Positions 1-9,718 of a stretch of 64,000 nucleotides of DNA are shown here, piece by piece; positions within the stretch are counted from its first letter, which is position 1, and each line of letters opens with the position of its first letter. A program made the position numbers and the translations under genes. The notes under the pieces are model-generated. The model was not told where the DNA came from, made no database searches, and saw only the letters and a list, made by a program, of their open reading frames with translations. Location: contig CAWAKC010000002.1 in assembly GCA_963782525.1 (NCBI GenBank), forward strand, positions 1 through 64,000. The letters are read 5' to 3'. This DNA comes from Candidatus Bathyarchaeota archaeon. GTDB lineage: Archaea; Thermoproteota; Bathyarchaeia; Bathyarchaeales; Bathycorpusculaceae.

Positions 1-3
1 AAA

Positions 4-2235
4 ATGAAGAAAAAAGTATTCCTATTAATAATTTCATTCTTAACTATCTTTGGAATTGTTTTTTCACTGACCGCTATTAACGTTGCAACGGCAACCGTGA
101 TTTTAAGTGACGATTTTCATAATGGCAGCTTAAGTGCTTGGACTAAATTCCAAGTAGAGGGCGCATTACCAAACTCGCTTGCCATAAGTAGCGCGATTAC
201 AAACAACGGCGAACCCTTTAGTGTAGAATGCACACTTTCTGCGGGTGACGACTCAAATATTGCTTATCGACCTTTACCCCAAGTTACAAACCCTATACAC
301 TTCAGAGAATATGTCAATATAAGGTCTATAGCAACACCATCAACGAGTGGCGACTATTATGAAGTCGGCGGTTTCTCTAGCAGTGGTGGTCCAAACTTTG
401 GGGAAGGAGAATTAATTGTGGTTAATGTCGGTGGAACACTTTATTGGGGCATATATTATCGCGACGCGACAGGTTCGTTTAATCCCACCGGCTTTTCTTT
501 TCGAATAAGCACATCTAACAGTACAGGAAGTGCAGTGCCAGTTACGGTCGGTTGGACTTGCATAGAGTTAGCCCACACCTCAGGCACTAACGGTCTACAA
601 GACGGTGAAGAAAAATTATATGTGAATGGAAACCTAATTATAGACGCCACAAATGTGCTAAATAATGACAACCGAACTCCCTTTAATGCGGTTATCGGTG
701 GAAGCCAGATTATAACTGCCCTAACTGGGGGCACATTGAAATATTATATTGCAGATGTAATTGTCAGCGATAGCTACATAGGCTTAAATCAAAACGTTTT
801 AACCGTTTTCTCTAATGCGGGATCTGTGGATCCGGCTAATGGCTCTTCTTACGCTCAAGGTCAAGAAGTAACGATTACTGCAATTCCACCAACGACGGTG
901 ACAGGTGAACGGTACATTTTTACTGGCTGGACTGGTTCAGGTATCGGCAGTTACTCGGGCACCAACAATCCTGCCACAGTTACAATGAACAGTGCGGCAA
1001 TTACCGAAACAGCCACCTGGGAACATCAATATCAATTGACAATAATTTCACCTCAAGGTACAGTTACAGGCAACAATACATGGTATGACGTTGATACTAC
1101 TGCGACTGCGACGCTAACAAGCGGCACTGTGGCTGGCTCAACTGGTACTCAATATGTCTTTTCAGGTTGGACTGGTGGTGCTTCAGGTTCTGCTTTAACT
1201 TCTAATGCCATTACTATGAATGGGCCTATAACTGCGACCGCGACTTGGACAACTCAGTATTTCTTGACTACAACAACTGCTCATGGCACTGTCACTGGTT
1301 CAGGCTGGTACAATGCGGGCGCTTCTGCAGCAGCGACACTGAACGCGTTAACTTCACCAGGAACAGCAGGAGTTCAATACGCTTTCACCAACTGGGCTAC
1401 AGATGCTACAGGTGTTGCTTTAACCTCAAATGCCATAACCATGAGTAGTCCTAAGACCGCTTCCACCGTGTGGCAGACTCAATACAACTTGACCTTTACG
1501 CAATCTGGCGTAGGTTCAGATTACACTGGCAACTTGACTACCGTTAATGGAAATGCATACAACTCGAGTGGCTACTCAACTTGGGCAAATGCAAACGCCG
1601 CTTACACATTTAGCTACGCACTTCAAGCAGTTGTTAGCGATACTACAACACAATACTTGCTTACTGGAGTAACCGGCAACACCACTGCAACATCCGTAAC
1701 TGTCGCAGCTCCAACAACGTTAACCGCTACCTACTCGACGCAATACTACTTAACTGTCACATCACAGTACGATTCGCCTTCGCCAACAAGCAGATGGTAT
1801 GATAACAACACTAGCATAACTGCCTTTGTTTCATCTCCAGCCTCCGGGTTCACTTGTTCAGGCTGGTCAGGCACGGGCAGTGTTCCATCTTCAGGCGGCT
1901 CATCAGCTACGACGTTTGCGATTACTGCGCCTTCAACTATTACTTGGAACTGGTATGATGCTTCAGCTACCCCCACACCGGCTCCCACTGCTGCACCAAC
2001 TGCTCATCCTACAGCTGCACCAACTGTTACTCCTACACATGCACCAACACCAACTCCCTCTCCAAGCCCTTCACACACTTCGTCTCCAACACCTACTTCA
2101 ACATCGTCTGATTCCACTGGAAACTCCGCTAACAATCTATACATCTATGGCGGTGTCATTGCAATAGTCATAATTGGAATAATAGCTGCACTCCTGTTTC
2201 TGAGAAGAACCAGAGCCAAGAAGGCTCTCCCCTAA
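4..2235 (+). CDS. Cell-surface (glyco)protein: signal peptide, N-terminal beta-sandwich (ConA/LamG-like) domain, InlB-B-like repeats, Pro/Thr linker, C-terminal TM anchor
   Basis: Basic-hydrophobic N-terminus; recurring 'Y.F.GW.G...ATW.TQY.LT' units; PT-rich stretch; hydrophobic C-terminus followed by RRTRAKK. Confidence 0.85.
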   Translation: MKKKVFLLIISFLTIFGIVFSLTAINVATATVILSDDFHNGSLSAWTKFQVEGALPNSLAISSAITNNGEPFSVECTLSAGDDSNIAYRPLPQVTNPIHFREYVNIRSIATPSTSGDYYEVGGFSSSGGPNFGEGELIVVNVGGTLYWGIYYRDATGSFNPTGFSFRISTSNSTGSAVPVTVGWTCIELAHTSGTNGLQDGEEKLYVNGNLIIDATNVLNNDNRTPFNAVIGGSQIITALTGGTLKYYIADVIVSDSYIGLNQNVLTVFSNAGSVDPANGSSYAQGQEVTITAIPPTTVTGERYIFTGWTGSGIGSYSGTNNPATVTMNSAAITETATWEHQYQLTIISPQGTVTGNNTWYDVDTTATATLTSGTVAGSTGTQYVFSGWTGGASGSALTSNAITMNGPITATATWTTQYFLTTTTAHGTVTGSGWYNAGASAAATLNALTSPGTAGVQYAFTNWATDATGVALTSNAITMSSPKTASTVWQTQYNLTFTQSGVGSDYTGNLTTVNGNAYNSSGYSTWANANAAYTFSYALQAVVSDTTTQYLLTGVTGNTTATSVTVAAPTTLTATYSTQYYLTVTSQYDSPSPTSRWYDNNTSITAFVSSPASGFTCSGWSGTGSVPSSGGSSATTFAITAPSTITWNWYDASATPTPAPTAAPTAHPTAAPTVTPTHAPTPTPSPSPSHTSSPTPTSTSSDSTGNSANNLYIYGGVIAIVIIGIIAALLFLRRTRAKKALP

Positions 2236-2530
2236 CCTCCTTTTACCACACCTTTCTTTTTTCAAAACATCACCAAGTAGCAGATAATAAATTAAGGGCT
2301 CAAGAAAGACGATAAACACGAACTTTCTTTTTTATTTTTTTAAATGATTCTTGAGTGTTTATAGAAAATTATGAACTTCTTTCTAATGATCTTTATTTAT
2401 GAAAGAAGTAGAGAGAACGTGAGAACTTAATTCATTTAGAACGTCAACAATCAGAGCATCAAAATCATTTTAAATAAAAAAAGAACCCATACACCTTTCA
2501 AATCTTCGGCAACAATACATTAAAACAATG

Positions 2531-3661
2531 TTAAATAGCCTTTGCGAAAGTCTCTATACGCGCGCCAGTGCTTTGAAGATAAGACAAAGATCTACTATTT
2601 GTAGTCCAGTTGAAAAATCTGTTCTTAAGTCCCTTTTTTTGTATACTAAATTCAGAGTTATTCCGAACCTTTGCTTTCCACCGAGACTTATACTCCTCGT
2701 CACCACGCAGAAAATCAAGCTCCTTCAACTTTTTATCAATTCCATATTTTATGAGATTTTTAAATGCTAAATGTCCCGGTCGATACTTGGCATATTCCGG
2801 ATCAAATCCACAAAGGTAGGCGTATAATTTTCCATTGTACTCGTAAGAGTAAATTGCTGAAACAGATCTGTCATTGAACGTTAAAAAGAAAAGATCTAAC
2901 CACCCCTTCTTTGCAAAAGCCTTCGCCAAGTCCTCGTGGAAGCTCTTTTGGTCGCCACTTGAAAAAACACCATAGTTACCCTTTGCAACTTGGCGCTTTT
3001 GGTGCAAATCGAAAAAGATTTTCATCGCTTCTTCAACCGTTCCGATTTCATCGTATTTTACGAATTTAACTCTGTAGTCTTTTAGTGCTTGTTTTTCCCA
3101 TACTTTCAGGTTTCTTCGCATATTCGAACCTAAAGTCTGACTGAATATCTCATAATTATTGGGAAGCGGGATATACGGGCATGAGCTGGTTGTAGAATTA
3201 GAAGTTCCAAAGCGCCCTCCTTTGATACCTTCAAGCAATATGCCAGTAACGGAATCTTCGGGCACTTCACCAAAAATAACGGCGTCTGTATCATTTGAGT
3301 CTTCCATTATGTTTTCTATTAATTGGTTAACGCCTTTAGCCGCCTCTTCGAAATTTGTAATTATAAAACTTTGATAATCAGAATCCCCCGAAGCGACAAA
3401 CTCTACCTTAGTACGTTTTGAACCTAAGACCTTGCATGTGGAATACATCACTGGAACAACAAGCGAGACTTCATTTTTGTTTTCTAAGGTAAAGAGTTTC
3501 AGCTCCCTTCCTTTTCCAAAATGTTTCCACCATATTGTGAGCCACTCGTACGTCAAAAATGGATGGTTGTCTATGCTGTTGATAAGTAACCGATTCCACC
3601 AAGTTTCAAAATCGTTATGATCTTCAAATCGCTGAAATTCTAAGATTGCCATTGTAAGCAT
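2531..3661 (-). CDS. GNAT-family acetyltransferase, CelD/BcsL-like
   Basis: 'PFLTYEWLTIWWKHF', 'SDY', 'GFDPEYAKYRPGHL', 'LDFLRGDEEYKSRW' motifs. Confidence 0.85.
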   Translation of the reverse strand: MLTMAILEFQRFEDHNDFETWWNRLLINSIDNHPFLTYEWLTIWWKHFGKGRELKLFTLENKNEVSLVVPVMYSTCKVLGSKRTKVEFVASGDSDYQSFIITNFEEAAKGVNQLIENIMEDSNDTDAVIFGEVPEDSVTGILLEGIKGGRFGTSNSTTSSCPYIPLPNNYEIFSQTLGSNMRRNLKVWEKQALKDYRVKFVKYDEIGTVEEAMKIFFDLHQKRQVAKGNYGVFSSGDQKSFHEDLAKAFAKKGWLDLFFLTFNDRSVSAIYSYEYNGKLYAYLCGFDPEYAKYRPGHLAFKNLIKYGIDKKLKELDFLRGDEEYKSRWKAKVRNNSEFSIQKKGLKNRFFNWTTNSRSLSYLQSTGARIETFAKAI

Positions 3662-3855
3662 CTCGACATTTAAGACTTATGACTTATACAGCATAAAAGC
3701 GGTATTCCAATTTCAGCAATATTCCGAAAAAAGTCGGCAGAATATCTCTGCTCATGCTCAATTGGAAAAAATTGTGAACTACAAAATTTAAATTCCAAAG
3801 AACAATACATGCTTTAGAATAAGATATTAATTGAAGTTTCAACAAGGGTAACTGA

Positions 3856-4644
3856 ATGCTTAGAATCAAGAAAATCATAGGTAATCAAGATATTTTCACA
3901 GTGCTCATGATAGGGATAGCTCTTTTAACAGGAGTAGTCCTGATAGTTTTATCAGCACTGAATAATTCATCATTTCTAGCTGTCGTCGGAGTGTCTGTTG
4001 CCTTCTGGAGCATCTTGCTTCTTTTCTTCACTCCCCCGAAACAGGCGTTTCTCTCTTTGTTGAAGGCTTCTGCGAGTGCAAGCGGAAGCAGCATCGATCG
4101 CTTCCTAAACGAGTTCAATTTGGTTGAAAAAGGAATATATTTGCCCCCTCAAAACCTCAAGAACTTTGACTCCAGTGTTATCTTTGTACCTAAAACGCCA
4201 GGAACCCCTCTGCCAACATCTAGTGAAACGACTGACAAGTTGTTTAATCAGGCGAAAACCGGCTTGTTCTTCACTCCTCCGGGACTTGCTCTTTCCCTAA
4301 TGTTTGAAAAAGAACTCGGCTTATCTTTCAGAAAAATTACTCTACCTCAAATGCAAGATATGATTAAGAAACTATTCCGCAACTTGAAATTTGCGGAAGA
4401 TGTTCAAGTTCTAATCAAAGACAGAACAATTACTGTAGAAATAACTAGTAGCATATTCAACTCGCTTTGCTCCGAAACCAGCACTAATCAACCTCGAACG
4501 CATGCGCAAATCGGATGCATTATAGCTAGCGCATTCGCATGCGCATTTGCTAAAGCCTCGGATAAACCGATAACAATCCAAAAAGATACACTAGATCCCG
4601 AAACAAAAATTCTAAAAATAGAGTATCGCATGGAAGAACTATAA
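3856..4644 (+). CDS. Conserved archaeal membrane protein with C-terminal V4R-like domain
   Basis: Two N-terminal TM segments; C-terminal 'C...IGCIIASAFAC' pattern resembling V4R. Confidence 0.6.
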   Translation: MLRIKKIIGNQDIFTVLMIGIALLTGVVLIVLSALNNSSFLAVVGVSVAFWSILLLFFTPPKQAFLSLLKASASASGSSIDRFLNEFNLVEKGIYLPPQNLKNFDSSVIFVPKTPGTPLPTSSETTDKLFNQAKTGLFFTPPGLALSLMFEKELGLSFRKITLPQMQDMIKKLFRNLKFAEDVQVLIKDRTITVEITSSIFNSLCSETSTNQPRTHAQIGCIIASAFACAFAKASDKPITIQKDTLDPETKILKIEYRMEEL

Positions 4645-4646
4645 CC

Positions 4647-4847
4647 ATGTTACTTCCCCCCATAACTGGTCAAGACCTGAGTATTCTTCTAGCGGTTAGT
4701 GCGATTCTTCTCCTTATTACCGCTGAACTTTTACCTTACATATTTGGAGAAAAAACGTTAGTCTCAGACATGAAGAAACTGAGGAACATAGCGATAGTGC
4801 TTGGCGTATTATTTTTGGTGACTATTGTAATAACATATTTAGCATAA
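4647..4847 (+). CDS. Small two-TM membrane protein
   Basis: Starts 2 nt after the upstream stop; two hydrophobic helices. Confidence 0.7.
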   Translation: MLLPPITGQDLSILLAVSAILLLITAELLPYIFGEKTLVSDMKKLRNIAIVLGVLFLVTIVITYLA

Positions 4848-4981
4848 TTTCAGCTTTCTGCAATGGATGAATTTGTAACTCTGAAAGTATACGATTAGGT
4901 AAAGATTAAAGATAGTAAACCCGTTGTTTTCATAAACGATTAATCCACTCCAAGTCACCAAGAAACGTATGATGAAGAAAC

Positions 4982-7900
4982 ATGAACAAACTAAGTATCC
5001 TAATAATCATACTTCTAATTTCGTTGTCACTTTGTGCATTTGAAAGTCTGCAAGTCAAAGCTCAAACAACTGAGGTTTCTGTTTCTGTTTCTGTGTCTTA
5101 TACTTCTATAGATAGGGGCAGTGGGACTTCTGTTTTGACAGCTACCGCTTCAGGCGGTATTGCTTATTCCTATCAATGGATGATGGAAGCACCCGGTCAA
5201 ACTGCTTTCTCCAATATCCCGAGTGCTACTGGAGAGATCTACACATTTACGCCTTCGAACTCTGCAACTCCGGGGCCCTATTACTTTGAAGTTTTTGTAA
5301 CTGAGCTGTCTACTCAATCTTCGGTGATGTCTTCAGCTGTATCTGTTACTGTGAATGCGGTTCCGATTGTGACTGTGTCGCCTGCTTCAGCGACGATGGA
5401 TGCGGGTCAATCTCAGTTGTTTACAGCTACGCCCTCTAGCGGTTCAGGCATTTACTCATCTTACAAGTGGTATGTAGACCTTGTACTTCAAAGTGGCACT
5501 GCTTCAACGTTTACATATTCACCAGGTTCCACGACGGGGTCACACTCGATCACTGCGATGGTTACGGATAGTTTAGGTGCAACTTCGGCTCAGTCTTCTG
5601 CTGCGTCTGTTACGGTGAATTCTGTTCCGACTGTGAGTGTTTCTCCTGTTGGTTCTCTTAAGATGGATGTTGGTCAGGTTCAGGTGTTTACAGCTACAGG
5701 TAGTGGTGGTTCTGGTGCGCTTTCGTATCAGTGGTATTTGGATGGTTCTTTGGTTTCTGGTGTTACTGGTGTGAGTTATTCTTATACTGCTGGGGGGTCT
5801 TCGCATTCCGTTACTTGTAAGGTGACTGATAGTGCTTCTGTGCCGGTTACATCTGGTGCTTCTAACGCTGTTTCAATCACTGTGAGTGTTGTTCCTACTG
5901 TTAGTGTTGCTCCTGTTTCTTGGACGATGAGTGTTGGCCAATCTGAGACGTTTACTGCTTCTGCTTCGGGTGGTTCTGGTGTGCTTAGTTATCAGTGGTA
6001 TTTGGGTGGTTCTGTTGTTTCTGGCCAGACCGGTTTAACTTACTCGTTTACTGCTGTTTCTGTTGGTTCACCTACGATTTACTGTAAGGTGACTGATCAG
6101 GCTGCTTCTCCGGTTACGGTTCAGTCTAACACGCCTTCAGTTACGGTGAATTCTGCACCGATTGTTTCTATTTCGCTTACTTCTTGGACTATGGATATGG
6201 GCCAATCTAAGAGCTTCTTAGCTGCTGCTAGTGGTGGTTCAGGCGTTTACTCTTCTTATCAATGGTATGTGGGTGGAGCTATTCAGTCTGGAGCTACTTC
6301 GTCAACGTTTAGTTATGCTCCTGGGTCTGTAGGTTCTTATTCGATTACTGTGACGGTTACGGATAGTTTGGGTGCAACTTCGGCTCCGTCTTCTGCTGCG
6401 TCTGTTACGGTGAATTCTGCTCCGACTGTTTCTATCTCTCCCACAGGCCCTTTTACGATGGATGTTGGTCAGACTAAGATTTTTACTGCTACTTCTCTTG
6501 GTGGCTCTGGCACTATTCATTATCAATGGTATTTGAGTTCTGGTTCTGTTGGGACTGACAGTTCAAGTTATACTTATACTGCGCCGGGATCTTCTGCTTC
6601 AATTACTTGTAAGGTGACTGATAGTGCTTCATCACCAGCTACATCGCTTGCTTCTAATGCTGTTTCAGTTACAGTGAATCCTGCTTTGGTTGCTCCATCT
6701 GTTTCTGCTTCTTTGGGTTCGATTAGTCAGGGTCAGACTAGTAGTCTGACTTCGTCTTCGGTGACGACGGGTTCTTCTCCTTACGCTTATCAGTGGTTTT
6801 CGAGGGCTCCTGGTGCTGGTTCTTACTCGTTGATTAGCGGTGCGACTTCATCTAGCTACTCCTTTGCTACATCGATTTCAACAGCTACCGGTAGTTGGAG
6901 CTTTATTCTTCAGGTCGGGGATGCAGCTAGTGCAATACTGAATTCTTCTGCCGTTTCGATTGTGGTAAATGTTCCACCTCTTGATCACTTTATTTTTAGC
7001 TCTATAGGTACTCAAACTGCAGGTACATCGTTTAGCATCATAATAACTGCTAAGGACGCTTCTAACAATACGCTTACAAACTATGTGGGAACTAATACTT
7101 TGAATGTTTCAACCGGAACTATTAGTCCGACTAGCACCGGTGCCTTCTCAAAGGGTGTTTGGACAGGTTCAGTGACTGTGACTGGGGCCAGTTCAGGAGT
7201 TACCCTTTTCACCACTGGTTTGAGCATGTCTGGAACAAGTAACAGTTTCAAAGTTAATCCTGGGGCTCTCAACCGCTTTACTTTTAGTACTATCAGTAGT
7301 CCTCAGACTTCGGGTTCTGCTTTCAGCATAACTGTTACGGCTAAGGATGTGTATGGAAATGTCGTTACCGGCTATATTGGGGGACCGTCTTTGACGGTTT
7401 CGTCGGGGTCAATTAGTCCAAGCACGATGGCTACTTTCGTTAACGGTGTCGGGTCAACTTCGGTTTCGGTGACCGGTGCAGCTTCAGGAGTTACCATTAC
7501 GGCTACTGACTCAATTTACACTGGAATCAGTAACTCATTTACTGTAACAGATGCTCCAACTTCAACTCTGTCACCTACTCCTACTTCAGCACCTCCATCC
7601 ACAATAGAACCCACTTCAACGCCAAAGTCAACAAGTACTCCAAAAGTTACTCCAACTCCAACAGCAAACCCATCGCCTTCTCCAACACCACTAGAAACGA
7701 CGGTAAAAGCTAAGACAGATAGTGGTGCAACCGTTAATCTTGCAATCAGCGGAAACATAACAAGTTCCCAGATGTCCAACGTCACGATTGCAACAAACCA
7801 GTCCACAAATTCAACAACAGTTTCTATAACAGTGACGGGCCAAAGCGGCAGCATAGGTTTTAGTAACATAACTATTCCGAAAACTGCGATACTCTATGGA

Positions 7901-8155
7901 ACAAACCCAGTTGTATTCATAGACGGCCAGCAAGCCACAACTCAAGGATATACCCAAGACTCACAAAACTTTTACGTATGGTACACAATGCACTTGAGTA
8001 CGCATTTAATGAAAATACAATTTGCCGTTTCTTTAAAGCCGCAAACATCGTCATTTGAGTCGCTTTTGGCTGTTGGAATAATAGCCCCTGAAATCGTTTT
8101 AGTCTACACAGTAATAGCTATTAGACGTTTGAGGCGAGGACCTGAAAATACATAA
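4982..8155 (+). CDS. Large surface protein with tandem PKD/Ig-like domains, Pro/Thr linker and C-terminal TM anchor
   Basis: Signal peptide; about seven ~88-aa units 'P.VSVSP....MD.GQ...FTA...GGSG...YQWY...CKVTDS'; two further 'F.FS.I..QT.G..FSI..TAKD' domains; TM then RRLRR. Confidence 0.9.
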   Translation: MNKLSILIIILLISLSLCAFESLQVKAQTTEVSVSVSVSYTSIDRGSGTSVLTATASGGIAYSYQWMMEAPGQTAFSNIPSATGEIYTFTPSNSATPGPYYFEVFVTELSTQSSVMSSAVSVTVNAVPIVTVSPASATMDAGQSQLFTATPSSGSGIYSSYKWYVDLVLQSGTASTFTYSPGSTTGSHSITAMVTDSLGATSAQSSAASVTVNSVPTVSVSPVGSLKMDVGQVQVFTATGSGGSGALSYQWYLDGSLVSGVTGVSYSYTAGGSSHSVTCKVTDSASVPVTSGASNAVSITVSVVPTVSVAPVSWTMSVGQSETFTASASGGSGVLSYQWYLGGSVVSGQTGLTYSFTAVSVGSPTIYCKVTDQAASPVTVQSNTPSVTVNSAPIVSISLTSWTMDMGQSKSFLAAASGGSGVYSSYQWYVGGAIQSGATSSTFSYAPGSVGSYSITVTVTDSLGATSAPSSAASVTVNSAPTVSISPTGPFTMDVGQTKIFTATSLGGSGTIHYQWYLSSGSVGTDSSSYTYTAPGSSASITCKVTDSASSPATSLASNAVSVTVNPALVAPSVSASLGSISQGQTSSLTSSSVTTGSSPYAYQWFSRAPGAGSYSLISGATSSSYSFATSISTATGSWSFILQVGDAASAILNSSAVSIVVNVPPLDHFIFSSIGTQTAGTSFSIIITAKDASNNTLTNYVGTNTLNVSTGTISPTSTGAFSKGVWTGSVTVTGASSGVTLFTTGLSMSGTSNSFKVNPGALNRFTFSTISSPQTSGSAFSITVTAKDVYGNVVTGYIGGPSLTVSSGSISPSTMATFVNGVGSTSVSVTGAASGVTITATDSIYTGISNSFTVTDAPTSTLSPTPTSAPPSTIEPTSTPKSTSTPKVTPTPTANPSPSPTPLETTVKAKTDSGATVNLAISGNITSSQMSNVTIATNQSTNSTTVSITVTGQSGSIGFSNITIPKTAILYGTNPVVFIDGQQATTQGYTQDSQNFYVWYTMHLSTHLMKIQFAVSLKPQTSSFESLLAVGIIAPEIVLVYTVIAIRRLRRGPENT
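5560..6419 (+). repeat. Near-identical intragenic 65-bp direct repeat (5560-5624 and 6355-6419) within the Ig-repeat gene
   Basis: ggttacggatagttt(a/g)ggtgcaacttcggctc(a/c)gtcttctgctgcgtctgttacggtgaattctg, 2 mismatches. Confidence 0.9.
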
Positions 8156-8286
8156 CTAAACCTTGAATCTGTAGCTTTCTGATCCTGAATCGAGGTTGGA
8201 ATTGCCTTTTTGATCACTGTTGCTGTGCAATTCGGATAACTTTCTGATCAAAGCTAAACCAAGTTGCTTGATTCTTAGGTGTTGGG

Positions 8287-8943
8287 TTATGTTATTCTGG
8301 TGGCGGTTTCAATAATGAATCCTTTTCTGCCCAGAGTATACGTTAACCTTCTTGTTGGGATTATCGTTCCTGACATTTTCCTTATAATCAAATGCCTCAT
8401 AGTCGAGTCTGCAGCCCAGTTTAATGCGAAGTTAATTGATCCTTCGGCAAAGTGATTCATGGTGGCATCAGCTTGAGGATCCTGCATGCCCTCGGTGAGC
8501 AGAAGAAGGTGGTAATTTAGGCCTTTTCTGTTTTGATGTGTCATAGCGGTCAATAGGCTAGCTATTTCTTTGATCTTGTGGATTAGCAGTAGCTCTGAGA
8601 CTGAGTCTATGGCAACTGTTCTGGATTGTTCCATTTCATCCAAAACGGCTTTTAGCATTACATTTGCTGTTGTATCTTTGAGGCTCTTGAATTTCCAAGA
8701 CTGTGCTTCTTCAAAGGGCAATGTGTCCCATCCATAAGCTGCCATATCTTCCCTGATGCTTTCGGCTGTAGTGTTCACAGTGAAGTAGGTTACTGGGCAC
8801 GTCTTTACCCTGTTGAATAAGACTTGTTTGGCGAAGACTTCGTTGCCTGAACCTGGCGCTCCCGAGAGAAGTATGATTTTTGGGGGCAACCCACCCATTA
8901 AGAATTCGTCAAGGCCAGCAATTCCTGTCTTCACAATCTTCAT
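8287..8943 (-). CDS. RAD55/KaiC-like RecA-superfamily ATPase with degenerate Walker A
   Basis: 'VKTGIAGLDEFLMGGLP...LLSGAPGSGNE', 'AIDSVSEL', 'RHLIIRKMSG'. Confidence 0.85.
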   Translation of the reverse strand: MKIVKTGIAGLDEFLMGGLPPKIILLSGAPGSGNEVFAKQVLFNRVKTCPVTYFTVNTTAESIREDMAAYGWDTLPFEEAQSWKFKSLKDTTANVMLKAVLDEMEQSRTVAIDSVSELLLIHKIKEIASLLTAMTHQNRKGLNYHLLLLTEGMQDPQADATMNHFAEGSINFALNWAADSTMRHLIIRKMSGTIIPTRRLTYTLGRKGFIIETATRIT

Positions 8944-9169
8944 TGGCAGTCATCTTTTTTGGTATTCAATATCGTTTAGCTTAGTTATAACTTTTGTATC
9001 ATTGAAGTATTGATTACACATTCAACTCGTTATCCCAGTCGATAACTAACAGTTAGATGGTCTTACTTTTTCTGATGCATGTCAGAATTTGATAGACGAT
9101 TAATTCATCAAGCTTTTAAGTACCAAGGGCTAAGTAAAATCAACAATCAACAAAGGAGAAATAAATAAA

Positions 9170-9625
9170 ATGAATTTCGGAAAAACAATAAGAAAATTCC
9201 GTAGAAACACACGCGCAATCTCACCAGTAATAGCCACTCTGCTAATGATAGCCATTGCAGTCGTCGCATCCCTGGTCACATATGCTTGGGTCATGGGCTA
9301 CATGAACTTCACAACAGAAAAGACCGGTAAAGCAATACAAATCCAAAGCGTCAGCTACGCTCCAGCCACTCATATATTTACTGTATATGTGCAAAATGTC
9401 GGTGACACTGATGTTCAATTTCCAACTGCTAACGCAGCAAACATTTTCATTAATGGCGCAGTAGCTAACCCTATCACTGGAAATGTTGCTACCCTCGCGA
9501 AGGGTTCTACCGTAACATTGACTGGTACAATGGCTTTAACACCTGGCGTACAATCAGTAACTATCAAAGTGACGACTACTGACGGAACCTTTAGTCAAAC
9601 AACTCAGCAATTCACCATAACTTAA
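9170..9625 (+). CDS. Archaeal type IV pilin (probable major pilin)
   Basis: Class III signal peptide 'RRNTRA|ISPVIATLLMIAIAVVASLV'; SD-like AAAGGAG upstream; T-rich tract downstream. Confidence 0.9.
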   Translation: MNFGKTIRKFRRNTRAISPVIATLLMIAIAVVASLVTYAWVMGYMNFTTEKTGKAIQIQSVSYAPATHIFTVYVQNVGDTDVQFPTANAANIFINGAVANPITGNVATLAKGSTVTLTGTMALTPGVQSVTIKVTTTDGTFSQTTQQFTIT

Positions 9626-9718
9626 ATCCTGTAAGCGTGAATTGTTTTGAGCTTTTTCCTTTTTTATTTTTTTAAGTTTATATGCGAAAAAAAATATGTG
9701 TGAGGGGGCATCGCTGAG

